Shown here: positions 43,299-55,967 of the stretch, one piece after another
Layout: each line of letters starts with the position of its first letter
Position numbering within the stretch: position 1 is the stretch's first letter
Source: Yuukianura sp. NJ FZ-2021
Lineage: Eukaryota
DNA: 64,000 nt
Reading direction: 5' to 3'
Assembly: GCA_046563655.1 (NCBI GenBank)
Contig: CM102289.1
Location: 3,100,001 to 3,164,000 of the forward strand
The notes under the pieces: model-generated
What the model was told of the DNA's origin: nothing
The model's database searches: none
Seen by the model: the letters and a program-made list of their open reading frames with translations, nothing else
Program-made: the position numbers and the translations under genes

Positions 43299-46200
43299 TC
43301 AGATGAATATGTAGACAGTGAAAGTGACAAGGAAACTCAATTGCTGTCGAATTGGAAGTACGCGTTCTCCTGATGAGATATCTTCCTGTGAGAGCACTAT
43401 AAAAAAAATATAAATTTATTATATTTTAAATATGTTAATTAAATTAAATTTATTGTAATTCATTAAATTAGTTGTACCTCCTCCGTTACTACCCGAATTG
43501 GCTGACTGAATAACGTTTTCTCCAAAGTCTCTTCTGGAATTCAATCTCACGGTATTGTTTCTGGCCTTGTTGGAACTGATGCTGCCAGTGCCGAGTTGAA
43601 GCCTTCGACTACCGCCTGAGGAAACAACAACCAAAGTGACTTGTGTACATAGTATGTTAAGTTTCAAATACATATTAGAACCACACTAATTGAGTTTTCA
43701 TGCTAAATTAGATTGGTTAGTGAATACTGTATAAAGTGAATTAAAAGAACAGAGTGGCAATCTGTCCTAATTTAGACAATGAAGATGGACATTTTAGTTG
43801 AAAAATGTAGTCACCTCTGTCCAAGTAGCTTTGATTGCTAGCGGATGAAGGCAGCATGGTTGTTTTAGTGGCCTGGACTGAGGGCGTAATTGTAATTGCT
43901 AGAAGACAAACAGTACATTTTACAGTTGATGCATTGAGTGAAGGCGGTTTCAAAATTAAGCTAACAAGCCTAACCTATGTGAAAGTGGTTGACTTTCACT
44001 CTCAGCTTAATGGAAGTGGACCCACTTGATTTGTGGGACAGAACAGAACGCAAATATTTGCGTTGGAAAGCATAATGTCTTTCCAATGAAATTAAATGAA
44101 CGGGAAAAAAAACAAGAGATAAATTTTATCCAAAAAGTTCGATAGAAAGCAAATTAGAGGAACTGACTTTTAGTTACAATGTTTGATTTTTTTTAAAAAT
44201 TAACGTGGTTGATTTGTAATATGGTTTAACACGTACGGTAGAGTTTGATGAGGCCATCCGTTTCTCCCAAACTGTTTTTGGATAAACAGATATAAGATCC
44301 ATAGTCTTCTGGAGTTACACCACGAATCGTCAACCTCATGGTGACGCGATACACGTTGTCCAGGAGAATCGGTTCATACTTCTCCCCTGTTCAGTGTTTT
44401 GAAAAGTAAGAAAATTTGTGATTCCATTTCACTCTCGCTCATACGCCCAAATATCTTTTCAAAATAGGTTTAGAAATTGAGAATTTTGATAAAAAAAAAA
44501 AGTTTTGTGGTAATATTTTAATCACATGTACCGCACTAACATTTTCAATTCTTGGAAAAATACTCAATTTTATATAAAAAAATTGTTATTTAAACATCTT
44601 GGTCTCTATAACTGTCACTTTGATTTTATGTTTGAAATTTTGATTGACTGACGTTTTGTGAACTCGAGTTTTTGAAAATATAATTCTATTTTATTTTTTT
44701 TAAATTCTATCACGCAAGAAAAGTTTGTACCTACCTTCTACGGCCAAATCCTTCGAACCTATAAAAAAATGAAACAAAAGAGAGGAAATTGGGTTAGACA
44801 GGTTTAAGAAGAGCTTAGTTTAGAACAGAGAGATTTGTTTTGTCTGAGAGTGATCCAATTCATTTGCACTGGTACTCAATGGTACACTTTCACTTTTTTC
44901 GTTTTCACAAAGTACAGGATATCGCTTCTTCTATTATTGATAGAAATATACACCTATTGCTCACTCATGTACCGCCACTCAATTCGACTCAACTTCAATT
45001 CCGTTTATGAGTGCCAACTGATTTTCAAATTCATAGTTTCAAACGTCAAATAACTTCTATTCCGACTTGAAATTTAAATTTTAAAAATTGACTACCTGGA
45101 AACACTTTTCTGAAATTACAAAACAGAACACATTGCTCTTTCAAGATTACGTATCTGTACTTGGCTTTATGTACTTTGGCTTTGTGTTGAACGTAGCGGT
45201 AAAAACTTTAGGTGAATTCCGTGCAAACGAAAATTGAAAATAAAAGACAATAGTTTTCGTAAAAATGTGCCTTCGGATATTCCTTTTCCAAAAATGATGC
45301 ATTGACTTTCTCTTTCTTGTCTTTCCAAGCTCTTCATAACCTCTTTTACCTTAACATATTTCTTTTGGCTCTTCATTCACTTTCTCCTCCTTTTTCTTAC
45401 CATTGCAGCCCTCAAACTTTTGATTTAAACTGGTGATAACCTTAACCTATTCAATCCTCTTCCTGTTTTTATCCTTCTTTTGTGCCTACAAAGCCCAAGT
45501 ACGCAGTTTTTCAACGTCCTCGTTTTTCTAACTTTCTTAGCCTATAGTAAAGCAGTTTCCTATGAGCTTGACATTTGGCACATGGATGATTTTTATGAGA
45601 CGACTTGTTCGGAGAGAAGGTGGAAAGAGATTTTTCTTATAATAATACTGGTAGAGCAGTTCATGGGAAATACTCACCGTGTACAATAGTTTCTCCATTG
45701 TCTCTTCTCCAGTAATTAATGGATTTTGGGAATGCTTCAGAATGACATTCTAGAACAACATCTTGACCCAATGCTGCTCCTACGAGTTGGTGAGCAATCG
45801 TTATCATTGGTGCAACTAGGAAAATACAAGCAATGAGAAAACTGTAAAAAAAACTTTTTTGAAGTTATGAGTAGTGAAATGTGTTTGATATGTTGAAAAA
45901 AATTAAAAATTTTTAAAATATCAAAAAATCATCATTTGAAAAGTTACAGTGGACGATGAGGCTAATTCGTCTTGATACAGTGGGTGGAACAAAGTTTGAC
46001 GCAATGCATAAGTAGACACCTATGTTAAATAAATTAAAGTTATTGGTTTTAATTAATATAGTAGAATATTTTAAGAATCTAAAATCCATTAGGTTTAGGT
46101 TATGTTTGTCTCACCCATGTGAAGCCGATTGACTTTAGTGAAATTGAGATATGGACCTTCTTTGAAATCGACTTGAAATGAAGAAATGGAAAAGAAAAAG

Positions 46201-48752
46201 TTAATTAGATTTGGATGAAGCTAATTTTTTTGAGAGTTTGTTATGATATTGAGCCATACCCAACTGATCATCAATTGAGATTTTGCCCTTGTCCTCCCTA
46301 CGCCAAGTGATTTTTGGCGGGGGGAATCCGGTGGCTGCACATTGAAGCGTCACATTGGCTCCCTCCCTCACAACCATGTCAGGACTCGTGGGATGGTCAG
46401 CTATATCGGGTGGCACTGAAGTGAAAGTAACACAAAAATCAAATTCAATTTCCCGCTTCCACAACGATTTCCCGGAGAGCTGGACTGTCTCTCTGCATTT
46501 CAGTTTTGATGGCTCCCTGCCACTGACTTTGACTCCACCGGCCAACTCTGGGACATTCTCGAACGCTTATGGTCGGCCAATTGCGGACGAAAATACATCT
46601 ATTGCAAGTACTAAATAGTTCTGGAGGGCAAGGAAAATCACAAGCTAATCAAACATAGTATGGAGATAGTTCTATTGCAACTGTTCAAGGGTTAGCGTGC
46701 ATAAAGCACTTGTCCATTGACGACTGTTCGTCATTGGGCGTGCAAAAGCGTCCAGTTACCGCGAAGACGACGGACAAGATCATTTTCTTTTCTCAAATGT
46801 AATAACAGCCTCATTCAAATTCAGATTTAAACTAAAAAAAAATTTCAATTGTGGAATAGACAACCTTATTGTAAACTCAATACAGAAATCAAATTCTTTC
46901 TATTGTGAACTTTTTTGAAAGAGACTGAAAACATCCCCAAAATTTTGATGGATAAAATGATACTGTAGACTTTACCTACAACTTGGAGGTATCCATTCTG
47001 GCTCATCATTGGCTAGAATCCAAAAAGTAAGAAAAGTTATTCGAAGGTGTTCAAAATTTTTCCAAAATTTTCATTCCGAAATCATGTCTTACGTCTGTAT
47101 TTATTTGACACATGTACCACCCACTAATAATCAAAAGTTTATGTTTGATTAGTACTTTTCTGGCAACAAAAGAACTTTGGAATTTGAGTGATAAACTTTT
47201 GTAGTTATTTTTGTTACCGATCTGATTCTCGTACGGTCTTGATTAGTAAGTTCCAAGTCCAAGAGTCCGTATGGGATAAACTTATTCTGTGACTTCGTGT
47301 AATAACATGGTTGTGGATAGTGAGAATAGTTTGAGTATCTACTCGTACCCACGCGACCTATAAAATTTAAATTACACCGCTAAGTTTTCACCCTACGTAT
47401 TTTAACTACCTTAGTTGTTTGATTTCCCAATCGGATTGGAATTTTACGGTGTTGCTAAAACTTAAATCTATTCAGGATCTTCTGCGCTCCTAAAAACTTT
47501 GGTGAAAAGTGCGATGTTAGATTAGTACTTTTCTTCGTTTTCCCGGAAGTATTTAAACATGCAGATTAGTTCAGCAGTACCAAAAAAGTGGTAGGTAAAT
47601 CCAGTTTGGAATGCCATAAATTTCAATTTGCACAAAATTCTAGACAAGATTAGTTCTAATTTAGCAGCTTCGTTAATTTCCCACTTTTAAAAAAAGTTTT
47701 CCAAAAACTTACAAAGTTTTGTCTTCAGGGAATTAAAACAAGATTTCATGCATCATAAACCAAAGCGGGAAGAACAAAAAGTGGAGAAGGTTGAACTTTT
47801 TTTGTGTGATGTAAATTTTGGTGCAACAACTACAAAATACAAGTTTTCATTAATGCGGGAGAAAAATGGATTTAAAAAGTTTGATCGAAGTAACTTTTTT
47901 GGTGAAAGTATTTTGACTGTTTCTAATTGTGAAATTGCATTTCTAGATTTCTCTGGAGTCCTGACTCTGGCAGAAATCCTTTTCGAGGAGTAAAATATGT
48001 TCTAAATTCATTTGACTTTGAAGGGACGAGTAATGGCTGTCATAGAAATCCGCTGACACGGACATACTTTTTCCTCCCATGTAACCTTAACATGTTACTC
48101 CTGACGCAGTTAATAGCATTATAATTCACTACTGAATCCAACAGTCTACGTTTGAAAGTAGTTCATTTATTCATTTTCTCCCGCACTCACCCTTCACTTT
48201 CACCTTCAGTCGATACGATTTAATCCGGATTTTCTACTTTCCAACAACCCCTTCCATCCTACATCTAAACTCACCCTCCCCTTTTCTATATCCTAGCGTT
48301 ACAATGGATTGTGACTCTAACTGATATAAGCTCGTTTAAACGTGGTACTTAAGCTAAGCCATTCTATTCTGCTAAGCTTAAATTTTACTTGTAATTCACT
48401 ATACAAAGTGACATTGTCACAGGACTGACACAATACATGCTTATTTCGCGCCAATGCTCGCAAATTTTTCATCATCCGTTCAAAGCACCTTCCACGTTAT
48501 TATTTGTTTAATCAAAAATTTCTTTTGTTGTGGAGAATTCATAGAATTATAGTTGTTAGAATTGGATTTAGCTATTCTTTTGTAGTTAAAATGTAGTTTC
48601 ACTACAGTAACCGTATCCCACCCTGTTTAAAAGATAAATTTTTGCGCGAATTACCTTGTAGGAACCAAGATTATCGACAGTACATGTAATGGCAGCCTCA
48701 CGACCGAGAGGAACAGTTACATTGTTGACAGGACCCACAAACCGGGGTGAAG
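43299..48752 (-). CDS. Dpr-interacting protein (DIP) / IgLON-lachesin-type three-Ig adhesion protein; 5' exons not located
   Basis: In-phase exons: PRFVGPVNNVTVPLGREAAITC…YK|VAWVRVDTQTILTI…DR|GWYMCQINTD|PMMSQ…|VPPDI…VVREGANVTLQC…|YLCIASN…|LECHSEAFPKSINYW…|YICLSKNSLGETDG. It ends in a short hydrophobic GPI-like tail with TGA at 43301-43299. Confidence 0.9.
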
Positions 48753-51603
48753 CTGCAAAAAAATACAATACATACGACGTAAGATGACGTTAAGAAACTA
48801 ATTCTTGGCTAAAACAATACAGAGGTTCCGTTTTTTTAAACACTTTGGTTTAAAAACTAGACTTCAAAAAAAGACATCCTAACGAACTAAAATACGAAAT
48901 ATTGCGGGATAGTTATGATCTTGACGACAAACCCTCACTTTTTTTCAAACGCAGCAGATTACATAAAAGTGTTGTTCAAAAATACAATGGGCGATTAATA
49001 AATTTGAAATGGTTAACTCACAAAACGGCGGGAGTTGTAACGCAAATTACGAAATCAATATCAAAACTGGAGTACTAATTACAGTAATTCCAAAAACAAA
49101 ATTCGATTACAGGCAAAAATACGAAGATTTTATAGATAAATTGTTTGGCTAAACGTAAGTCGCTGATGTTTAACTACTAATTTGTTCAGGTACTAATACT
49201 GAACTTTTGTTTTCCAAAATGCTGAGGCGTTACTGAGTAGTTACGTTTTTCTTATTCGAGAAAAAAAATGTTCTCCCAAATGATTTCCGGCAGTGCTGGG
49301 AGTATATTTTCTTAAGAACTGTAGCGTGAGACTCGGCCGTTCTCATTTTGGATTCATCCTGAACAGAGTAGTAAAAGATGGGATTAAAATTTGTAGGAAT
49401 TCGCCGTTTTACATGTATTTCCCATTATTCCAGAAGGAAAAAACTAAACATTTAGCGGAACATTTGGGGCATCATCCATGATATCCTGTGTAACTCATAC
49501 AATTTTCTAAACATGCCCTTCTGACTACTAGTTACTGTGTGGCCCCATGTTCCAGAATTGTTGATGTTGATGTGCATGTGTAAGTCAATCTTGTAGAGTT
49601 TTCCTTCAAAATCCTAAACGGACTTTTGACATGTGAAGAAAATGAGGGAAAACCTCAAAAACAGAATCTGAAAGGATCTTAACATGGAGAAAGTTAATCT
49701 GGAAAATGACTCTGAATCACGGCATGTAATTCCAATGGGACTTTACATTTCTAAACGTTTTCAACATTAACTTTACCAAAATTTCTGTCTGACAAACCAA
49801 AAAGAAATTCAAACAAAATCAAAAAATTTCGAAAGTAGAGTTTCTGATGATCCATTTTGGTTCATATTTTGTCATTTTAGTGATGACTGAAAGTTTTCTT
49901 TCAACTGGATCAAACCATGCCAAATGGATTACTTTCCCCCAGCCCAGATTCTCTCTCCATTTTTATCCCTACACGTTTATGACGGCTCAACTTCCAAGCT
50001 TATGTTCATAATTCCGAGAAAGACTGACAGTGTAACATATGCTGGCCAATGGACTCACAGTTGCTTCTCCTTTTCGTGTACAGTTACATATCAATTTCTC
50101 TAATGTGTCATGAGAGTGTCTTTGGGGAAAGGAGGACTTGATTTAATTAATTTCCTATTAAATCTCTTCTTTGACTCACTCCTTCGCCCTTGATTTCTCT
50201 TTAATTAACTTTAAGCATATCGGCATTTCCATTAAGTTTTGCTCTGTTTTAACTCTCGTGAGAATAATTCTCATCAGTAACAAACGGAAATTCGTACAGT
50301 AAAAAATTTATAACAAAAATTTGTACCAATCGCCAGTATTCAACTGTTTGGTTTGTATTTTGCCGAAGGAGAAATCCAACAAATTAAAACAAAAATTTTA
50401 ACAACGAACTGAAACTTATAGAAAATATTTTCACAATAACTCGCCAAACTTCATTTCTCTAACTACTTTTTCTTAAATACCGATTCGTTTACAATAGAAA
50501 AACACCCGAAACTGTATAATGCCAGGATGAAGAAACTTCATCATGTTTGCTATTCTTTTTGCATAGGGTGCTGGTACTGTTGTGCTTACTTTATTGCGTG
50601 CAGTAGTTGCAGCAGATGCACGCAAAAAGTTAAAACTAGAGCTTGTAGTAAAGAGAAAGTTGGAGGGAGAAAAGTGATTTAGTGTGTAAATAATAGATGA
50701 ACTGGTGCGAGGTAATAAAAATGGTTATGGAAACATTTGGGAATGTAAATCCATTTGAGATGAAAGCGAACTGTGGTCAAGCCTTGTCCATCTCCTACAT
50801 TTCCCATTCATTATGTACGAGAGAAGCTTTCTCTTCACCCAATTCATTGTAAAAGCAAATGCTTCTGGAACCTCTACTGCTCTACAACCCTAGTTAAAAC
50901 TTTGTCAATTTAACTTAAACCAAAACAATGCTAAATTTTTCTCTTTTGATTATGGCCTGTTGTTTTTAACTAAAAACAAAGAACTTGTGAAATACTAGTT
51001 CTGGAAGATTGAGATTCAACTAGCGTCGGAGTCAAAAGGTGACAGTCACATTTGAATTAGAGACACAGCAGAACAATTATCTAGCTCCAGACTAATCGAA
51101 AGTATAGAAAGGTGGATAGAAAGGGAGAATAAAGACAAGGGAAGCTTGTCAACAGTGACTGATTCGTGGCAAACACGCATCAGGGAGAAAGTCTTCAATG
51201 CTAGTCACACTACAGTGTGAAACGGAACGGGGAACAATTCGTCACTTTGAGTCCATTTTACATTTTGTGTTTCCTTTCAAACGAGATTGGACTGCTAGTG
51301 TGTCTCCCCGTGTGATCCGAAAGTCTTTTGTGTAAAAGACAATTAATGGCAGTAGGTGCGTCAGGGAGGGAGATTTCAAAATAGAAATTTTGAAAATACT
51401 TAAGGGTGCAAGCAAAGTAATGGAGTGAGAGGGTGAAAGTTGTTTTGACTGCCCCTAATGAGTCACGGGAACCTTTCAACTTCTAAGTATTTCTTATGAC
51501 CTTCATAAAAGACTGAAACCGGAAGTGATTGCATCTAAAGTGTTATAAGCCTTCTTAACCATTCTTGATGCACACGTAGCCTAAGACCGCTTTTGGTTAG
51601 GTT

Positions 51604-52705
51604 TGTGAGACTGCAAAATAGCGTCACGTTGTTAAGAAAGAGAAATGCGCGCCCTCTATTGGTACTTTAGGGACGACTCTTCCACTTTTCATCTTTTCAC
51701 TACCAAGTCAAAAGCTAGGAAAAAACACAAACTCAACCACAACTAATTAATCGAATTTTAACCAAAGTTAGGGACTTCAGATCATCTCAAACTTAGTACT
51801 AATCAACTCCCGGAAGAAAGTTGATTAGTACTAAGCACATTCATCTCAGCTGCTGCTCATCTTCATTGTTTTAAATTAGGAAAGGAGTGTATGGATGAGG
51901 CTGCCTTTTACATGGAAAAGGGTAGCAGGAGCTCATCTTCCATACACTCGGGACCCAGTCACGGGACGGATGGATGCTGCCCGACGTTACAGGTATTGCA
52001 GAGGTGGCTGGCTTCCAGCCTGCTGCAGGGTGTTTGGTTGCTCGGGGTGATCCGGAGAGCCACTTAAAGTTTCACGTTAAAGTCTTTTTCGTCGTTAAAG
52101 TTCGTTTCGTTCACCGTAGAGTACCGTTTCGTTTATCGTTTCATTTTCGTTTCAATTTACCGTTCAATTAACTGGTTTCATTTAGAGGTTTTCTCATTTG
52201 GTTTTCTCATTGGTTTTTCACATTAACTTAACGATCTGAGCGCGGTAAAGCGGCGCGGCGCGGTTTTCTCTTTTTGTTGTTTGGAATTGAACTCACAACA
52301 TCTCAGTCTCATGTCACGGGGTTGGTGACCCCTAAAATTGCTGTGTACCGCGGCATTTGAGTTATTGGTAGTTAGTACTGGTTGGTTCGTGTGGAGTTGG
52401 TTTGGTGCGGCACTGGGGTGCGGGATTCTGGATTTTCGGGCTGGAGTACTCGAGATCAACAACAGGCTGGAGTAGCTGATCAACTGAGGCCAAATTTCTT
52501 TCTACTACTACCAGAGGTAAAAAGGGGGTCAAGTCGTGACCTTGAGTGACCGGTCGGCCCTTGGAAGGGAAGAAACCCCCTTTCAAGGTGAAACTGCTAA
52601 GGGCCCGGGAAAAACGTAAGGATAGGAACGGAAAGGTTGGGTTTACAAATTAGAGCGGAAGAGAAGTCCCTTAATTTAACCACTACGTAAATCCCTTATC
52701 TTACA
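51604..52705 (+). repeat. 5' LTR (1102 bp)
   Basis: Direct repeat of 54864-55967 with TG…CA termini. Confidence 0.93.
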
Positions 52706-52708
52706 ACA

Positions 52709-52724
52709 TGGGGGCTCAGCGGGA
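52709..52724 (+). promoter_or_regulatory. Primer-binding site, tRNA-Pro-like
   Basis: TGGGGGCTCAGCGGGA begins 3 nt after the 5' LTR. Its first 9 nt match the canonical tRNA-Pro PBS TGGGGGCTC. Confidence 0.75.
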
Positions 52725-52848
52725 AACCCTTAAGCGGTAGATCGGTCAGCAACAAGAGATGTCAGAGTTCAAATCCAAACGATGATTTGTCCACTACGCG
52801 CGTAAATTCAAATTAAAGTCAAAGTTAAGGTCAAAGTAAATACAAAAG

Positions 52849-54588
52849 ATGGAAAAGAGCGGGCGCAGGCGTAAAGTGCAGGGAAATGGTTGTGCTGAGG
52901 CAGTGACCCGGACAAAAATGGCTGACAAAGTACCGCAAGTGGATCGGAAGATTTTGAATCGGAGAGATTGCCCTCTACCGATGTTTGATGGAAGCTACTA
53001 CGTTCAGCCGTACGAGTATTTGCTGGAACTGGAACGCTACATGCAGGTTTGGGGAATCTGTGAAGAGGACATGATGGAGCAAGTCTTGCCAGTAGTATTC
53101 TCAGGAATGGCTGCCATTTGGTATCAATTCATCTACAAGATCCTGGACAGTTGGAGTACGTTTCGGACGGAGTTCCGGCGGAAGTTTGAACCTCCAAATT
53201 ACCAACGTGAGCTGAAGAGAGCACTGATGGATCGCTACCAAGGCAGGGAAGAAAAGTTGACCGATTATGTGCTGACAATGTGCTCACTATTCGACAAACT
53301 GGAAGTTGCACCTAGTGAAGAACAGAAGGTCATGCAGGTCATTGAACTGATGAACCCAGAATCGAGAGACAGACTCAGATGGATTGGCCAAAGCTTTGCA
53401 GACGCACGGGAGCTGTACAAAGCAGCCGAAGAAGTCGAAAGAAGAATCGCTCTGGACAACATGTACCACGAGCCAACAACAGACAATGTCATTGATCCCG
53501 GACTCTCCTACCATGGGAGTAACCAATCCACAGACGCTGATTCTGGATGGACTGGCAGGCATGGACGGAAGTCTCGAGGTCAGAGGGAGAGGTCAAGTTT
53601 TGGCGGGGCTTCTCAAAGGTTTTCAAGGCAGTGGGGGAATGGTATTGACCCAAGGGAGCTGGCAGTTCCTGTGGACTCGTACGTCGACGATTCGTCTTCG
53701 GTATCGTTTGCTCCTATGTCTTCGGAAAATCAGAGTGGGATCTACAAGGGAATCACGAGTGAGCGCCCTACTGTAGGAAATGATTGGAAGGGCGGTGATG
53801 AGCCTCGTACTCATGCGCAGACCCAGGAGTCTGGCACGACGGTGGTTCTCGCTTCACACTCTTCGACGCTTGAAACTGGAATGGACATGGAGCAAGAATC
53901 TTTGGAAGATTTTGGGTTTGAATACTGTGGACTAATTGATGCCTTTGAGAATTGCACTAGCCTCTCATCGAACCAAGACGAAGTTGCTTCGGAAACTCTG
54001 ATTCGAGAGACGGAAGTTTCATGTTCGTTGGATCCTCCAGAAGAAAGCCATTGTCAGTTTGGAACGGCGGCATTGGGCGACAACACTTCTGAAGTTTGGG
54101 AAGAGATTACTGGGACTTTTGGCTGCAATTCCGAAGAATGCATCGCCACAGAAATTGACCATTGGGAAGACTGGGCAGAAGTGACTGTCGGCAGTACCGA
54201 GGCTATCACAGATTCCGAAGTAGTTGTCATGTCACTGTCCAGCGATGAACCGTGTCGCGAGAAAGTAGTGGACAAAAGCACGCAACAACAGCAGCGCTCA
54301 AATTTAAAACAATTAAATGACAAACCCGATTATGACTCTAATGCTCGTCTTTTCTCTGAGTTCCAGAAAACTCAGTTGGACATGGACAGGAGGAAGCGAG
54401 TAAAGCTGGATTTGACTACGACACAGGCCCGTTTCCCCAATGATGGATTCGTGCAATCTAAAAGAGATGGGACTTGGTCTTTTCGAGGAAAGCCGGACTG
54501 GAGATGGAAAGATGGCCGACAGAAGCGAAAAATGTTGTCTGGGCGAGCGATGGCGGATGGAGAAGACCCTGGAGGCTTCTGTCTGTAA
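52849..54588 (+). CDS. Retrotransposon Gag (Ty3/gypsy, Arc-like capsid) with long acidic C-terminal extension
   Basis: Capsid pattern LPMFDG…YL…LE…FSGMAAIWY…SWSTFRTEFRRKF…QGREEKLTDY. No CCHC knuckle, protease, RT or integrase motif was seen. Confidence 0.85.
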   Translation: MEKSGRRRKVQGNGCAEAVTRTKMADKVPQVDRKILNRRDCPLPMFDGSYYVQPYEYLLELERYMQVWGICEEDMMEQVLPVVFSGMAAIWYQFIYKILDSWSTFRTEFRRKFEPPNYQRELKRALMDRYQGREEKLTDYVLTMCSLFDKLEVAPSEEQKVMQVIELMNPESRDRLRWIGQSFADARELYKAAEEVERRIALDNMYHEPTTDNVIDPGLSYHGSNQSTDADSGWTGRHGRKSRGQRERSSFGGASQRFSRQWGNGIDPRELAVPVDSYVDDSSSVSFAPMSSENQSGIYKGITSERPTVGNDWKGGDEPRTHAQTQESGTTVVLASHSSTLETGMDMEQESLEDFGFEYCGLIDAFENCTSLSSNQDEVASETLIRETEVSCSLDPPEESHCQFGTAALGDNTSEVWEEITGTFGCNSEECIATEIDHWEDWAEVTVGSTEAITDSEVVVMSLSSDEPCREKVVDKSTQQQQRSNLKQLNDKPDYDSNARLFSEFQKTQLDMDRRKRVKLDLTTTQARFPNDGFVQSKRDGTWSFRGKPDWRWKDGRQKRKMLSGRAMADGEDPGGFCL

Positions 54589-54863
54589 TTTTTAATTGGA
54601 TTGGACTTTGGATTGCCTACTACTGGAATCCCTCCCTCGTAAATTTTTCGAATTTCGTCCTAAAAATGAATTTTTATCCCCTTAGTTAATGTAAAAATTA
54701 ATTTTTCTTTTGATTTTTGAAAATGTTAAACTTCAAGTTAATTCTAGAACCTAAGAATTCTTGTAAATATTTTGAAATGGAAATGGGAAGTCGGGTCAGA
54801 GAGAAAATTGAAAACTGAATAAGAAGTGTACTGACCGCTTCGTGGCTTTGTGAGGGGGGATGT

Positions 54864-55967
54864 TGTGAGACTGCAAAATAGCGTCACGTTGTTAAGAAAG
54901 AGAAATGCGCGCCCTCTATTGGTACTTTAGGGACGACTCTTCCACTTTTCATCTTTTCACTACCAAGTCAAAAGCTAGGAAAAAACACAAACTCAACCAC
55001 AACTAATTAATCGAATTTTAACCAAAGTTAGGGACTTCAGATCATCTCAAACTTAGTACTAATCAACTCCCGGAAGAAAGTTGATTAGTACTAAGCACAT
55101 TCATCTCAGCTGCTGCTCATCTTCATTGTTTTAAATTAGGAAAGGAGTGTATGGTTGAGAGTGCCTTTACATGGAAAAAGGTAGCAGAGGCTCCTCTTCC
55201 ATACACTCGGGACCCAGCCACGGGACGGATGGATGCTGCCCGACGTTACAGGTATTGGCAGGGCGTTGCTGGCTTCCAGCATACTGCCGGGTGTTTGGTT
55301 GCTCGGGGTGATCCGGAGAGCCACTTAAAGTTTTCGCGTTAAAGTCTTTTTCGTCGTTAAAGTTCGTTTCGTTTACCGTAAAGTACCGTTTCGTTTACCG
55401 TTTGATTTTCGTTTCATTTTACCGTTCAATTAACTGGTTTCATTTAGAGGTTTTCTCATTTGGTTTTCTCATTGGTTTTTCACATTAACTTAACGATCTG
55501 AGCGCGGTAAAGCGGCGCGGCGCGGTTTTCTCTTTTTGTTGTTTGGAATTGAACTCACAACATCTCAGTCTCATGTCACGGGGTTGGTGACCCCTAAAAT
55601 TGCTGTGTACCGCGGCATTTGAGTTATTGGTAGTTAGTACTGGTTGGTTCGTGTGGAGTTGGTTTGGTGCGGCACTGGGGTGCGGGATTCTGGATTTTCG
55701 GGCTGGAGTACTCGAGATCAACAACAGGCTGGAGTAGCTGATCAACTGAGGCCAAATTTCTTTCTACTACTACCAGAGGTAAAAAGGGGGTCAAGTCGTG
55801 ACCTTGAGTGACCGGTCGGCCCTTGGAAGGGAAGAAACCCCCTTTCAAGGTGAAACTGCTAAGGGCCCGGGAAAAACGTAAGGATAGGAACGGAAAGGTT
55901 GGGTTTACAAATTAGAGCGGAAGAGAAGTCCCTTAATTTAACCACTACGTAAATCCCTTATCTTACA
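54864..55967 (+). repeat. 3' LTR (1104 bp)
   Basis: Direct repeat of 51604-52705, preceded by the polypurine tract. Confidence 0.93.

Larger units (their letters stand above)
51604..55967 (+). mobile_element. Ty3/gypsy-type LTR retroelement encoding Gag only (no pol)
   Basis: Two ~1.1-kb LTRs (TGTGAGA…TCTTACA), 4-bp TSD GGTT (51600-51603, 55968-55971), PBS, polypurine tract GAGGGGGGA at 54852-54860, and a single internal ORF. Confidence 0.93.

Noticed and set aside
55138..55342. Shine-Dalgarno-like AAGGAG before a 63-aa ORF in the 3' LTR
   Set aside because: The context is eukaryotic, the ORF is frameshifted in the 5' LTR, and no motif was recognised.
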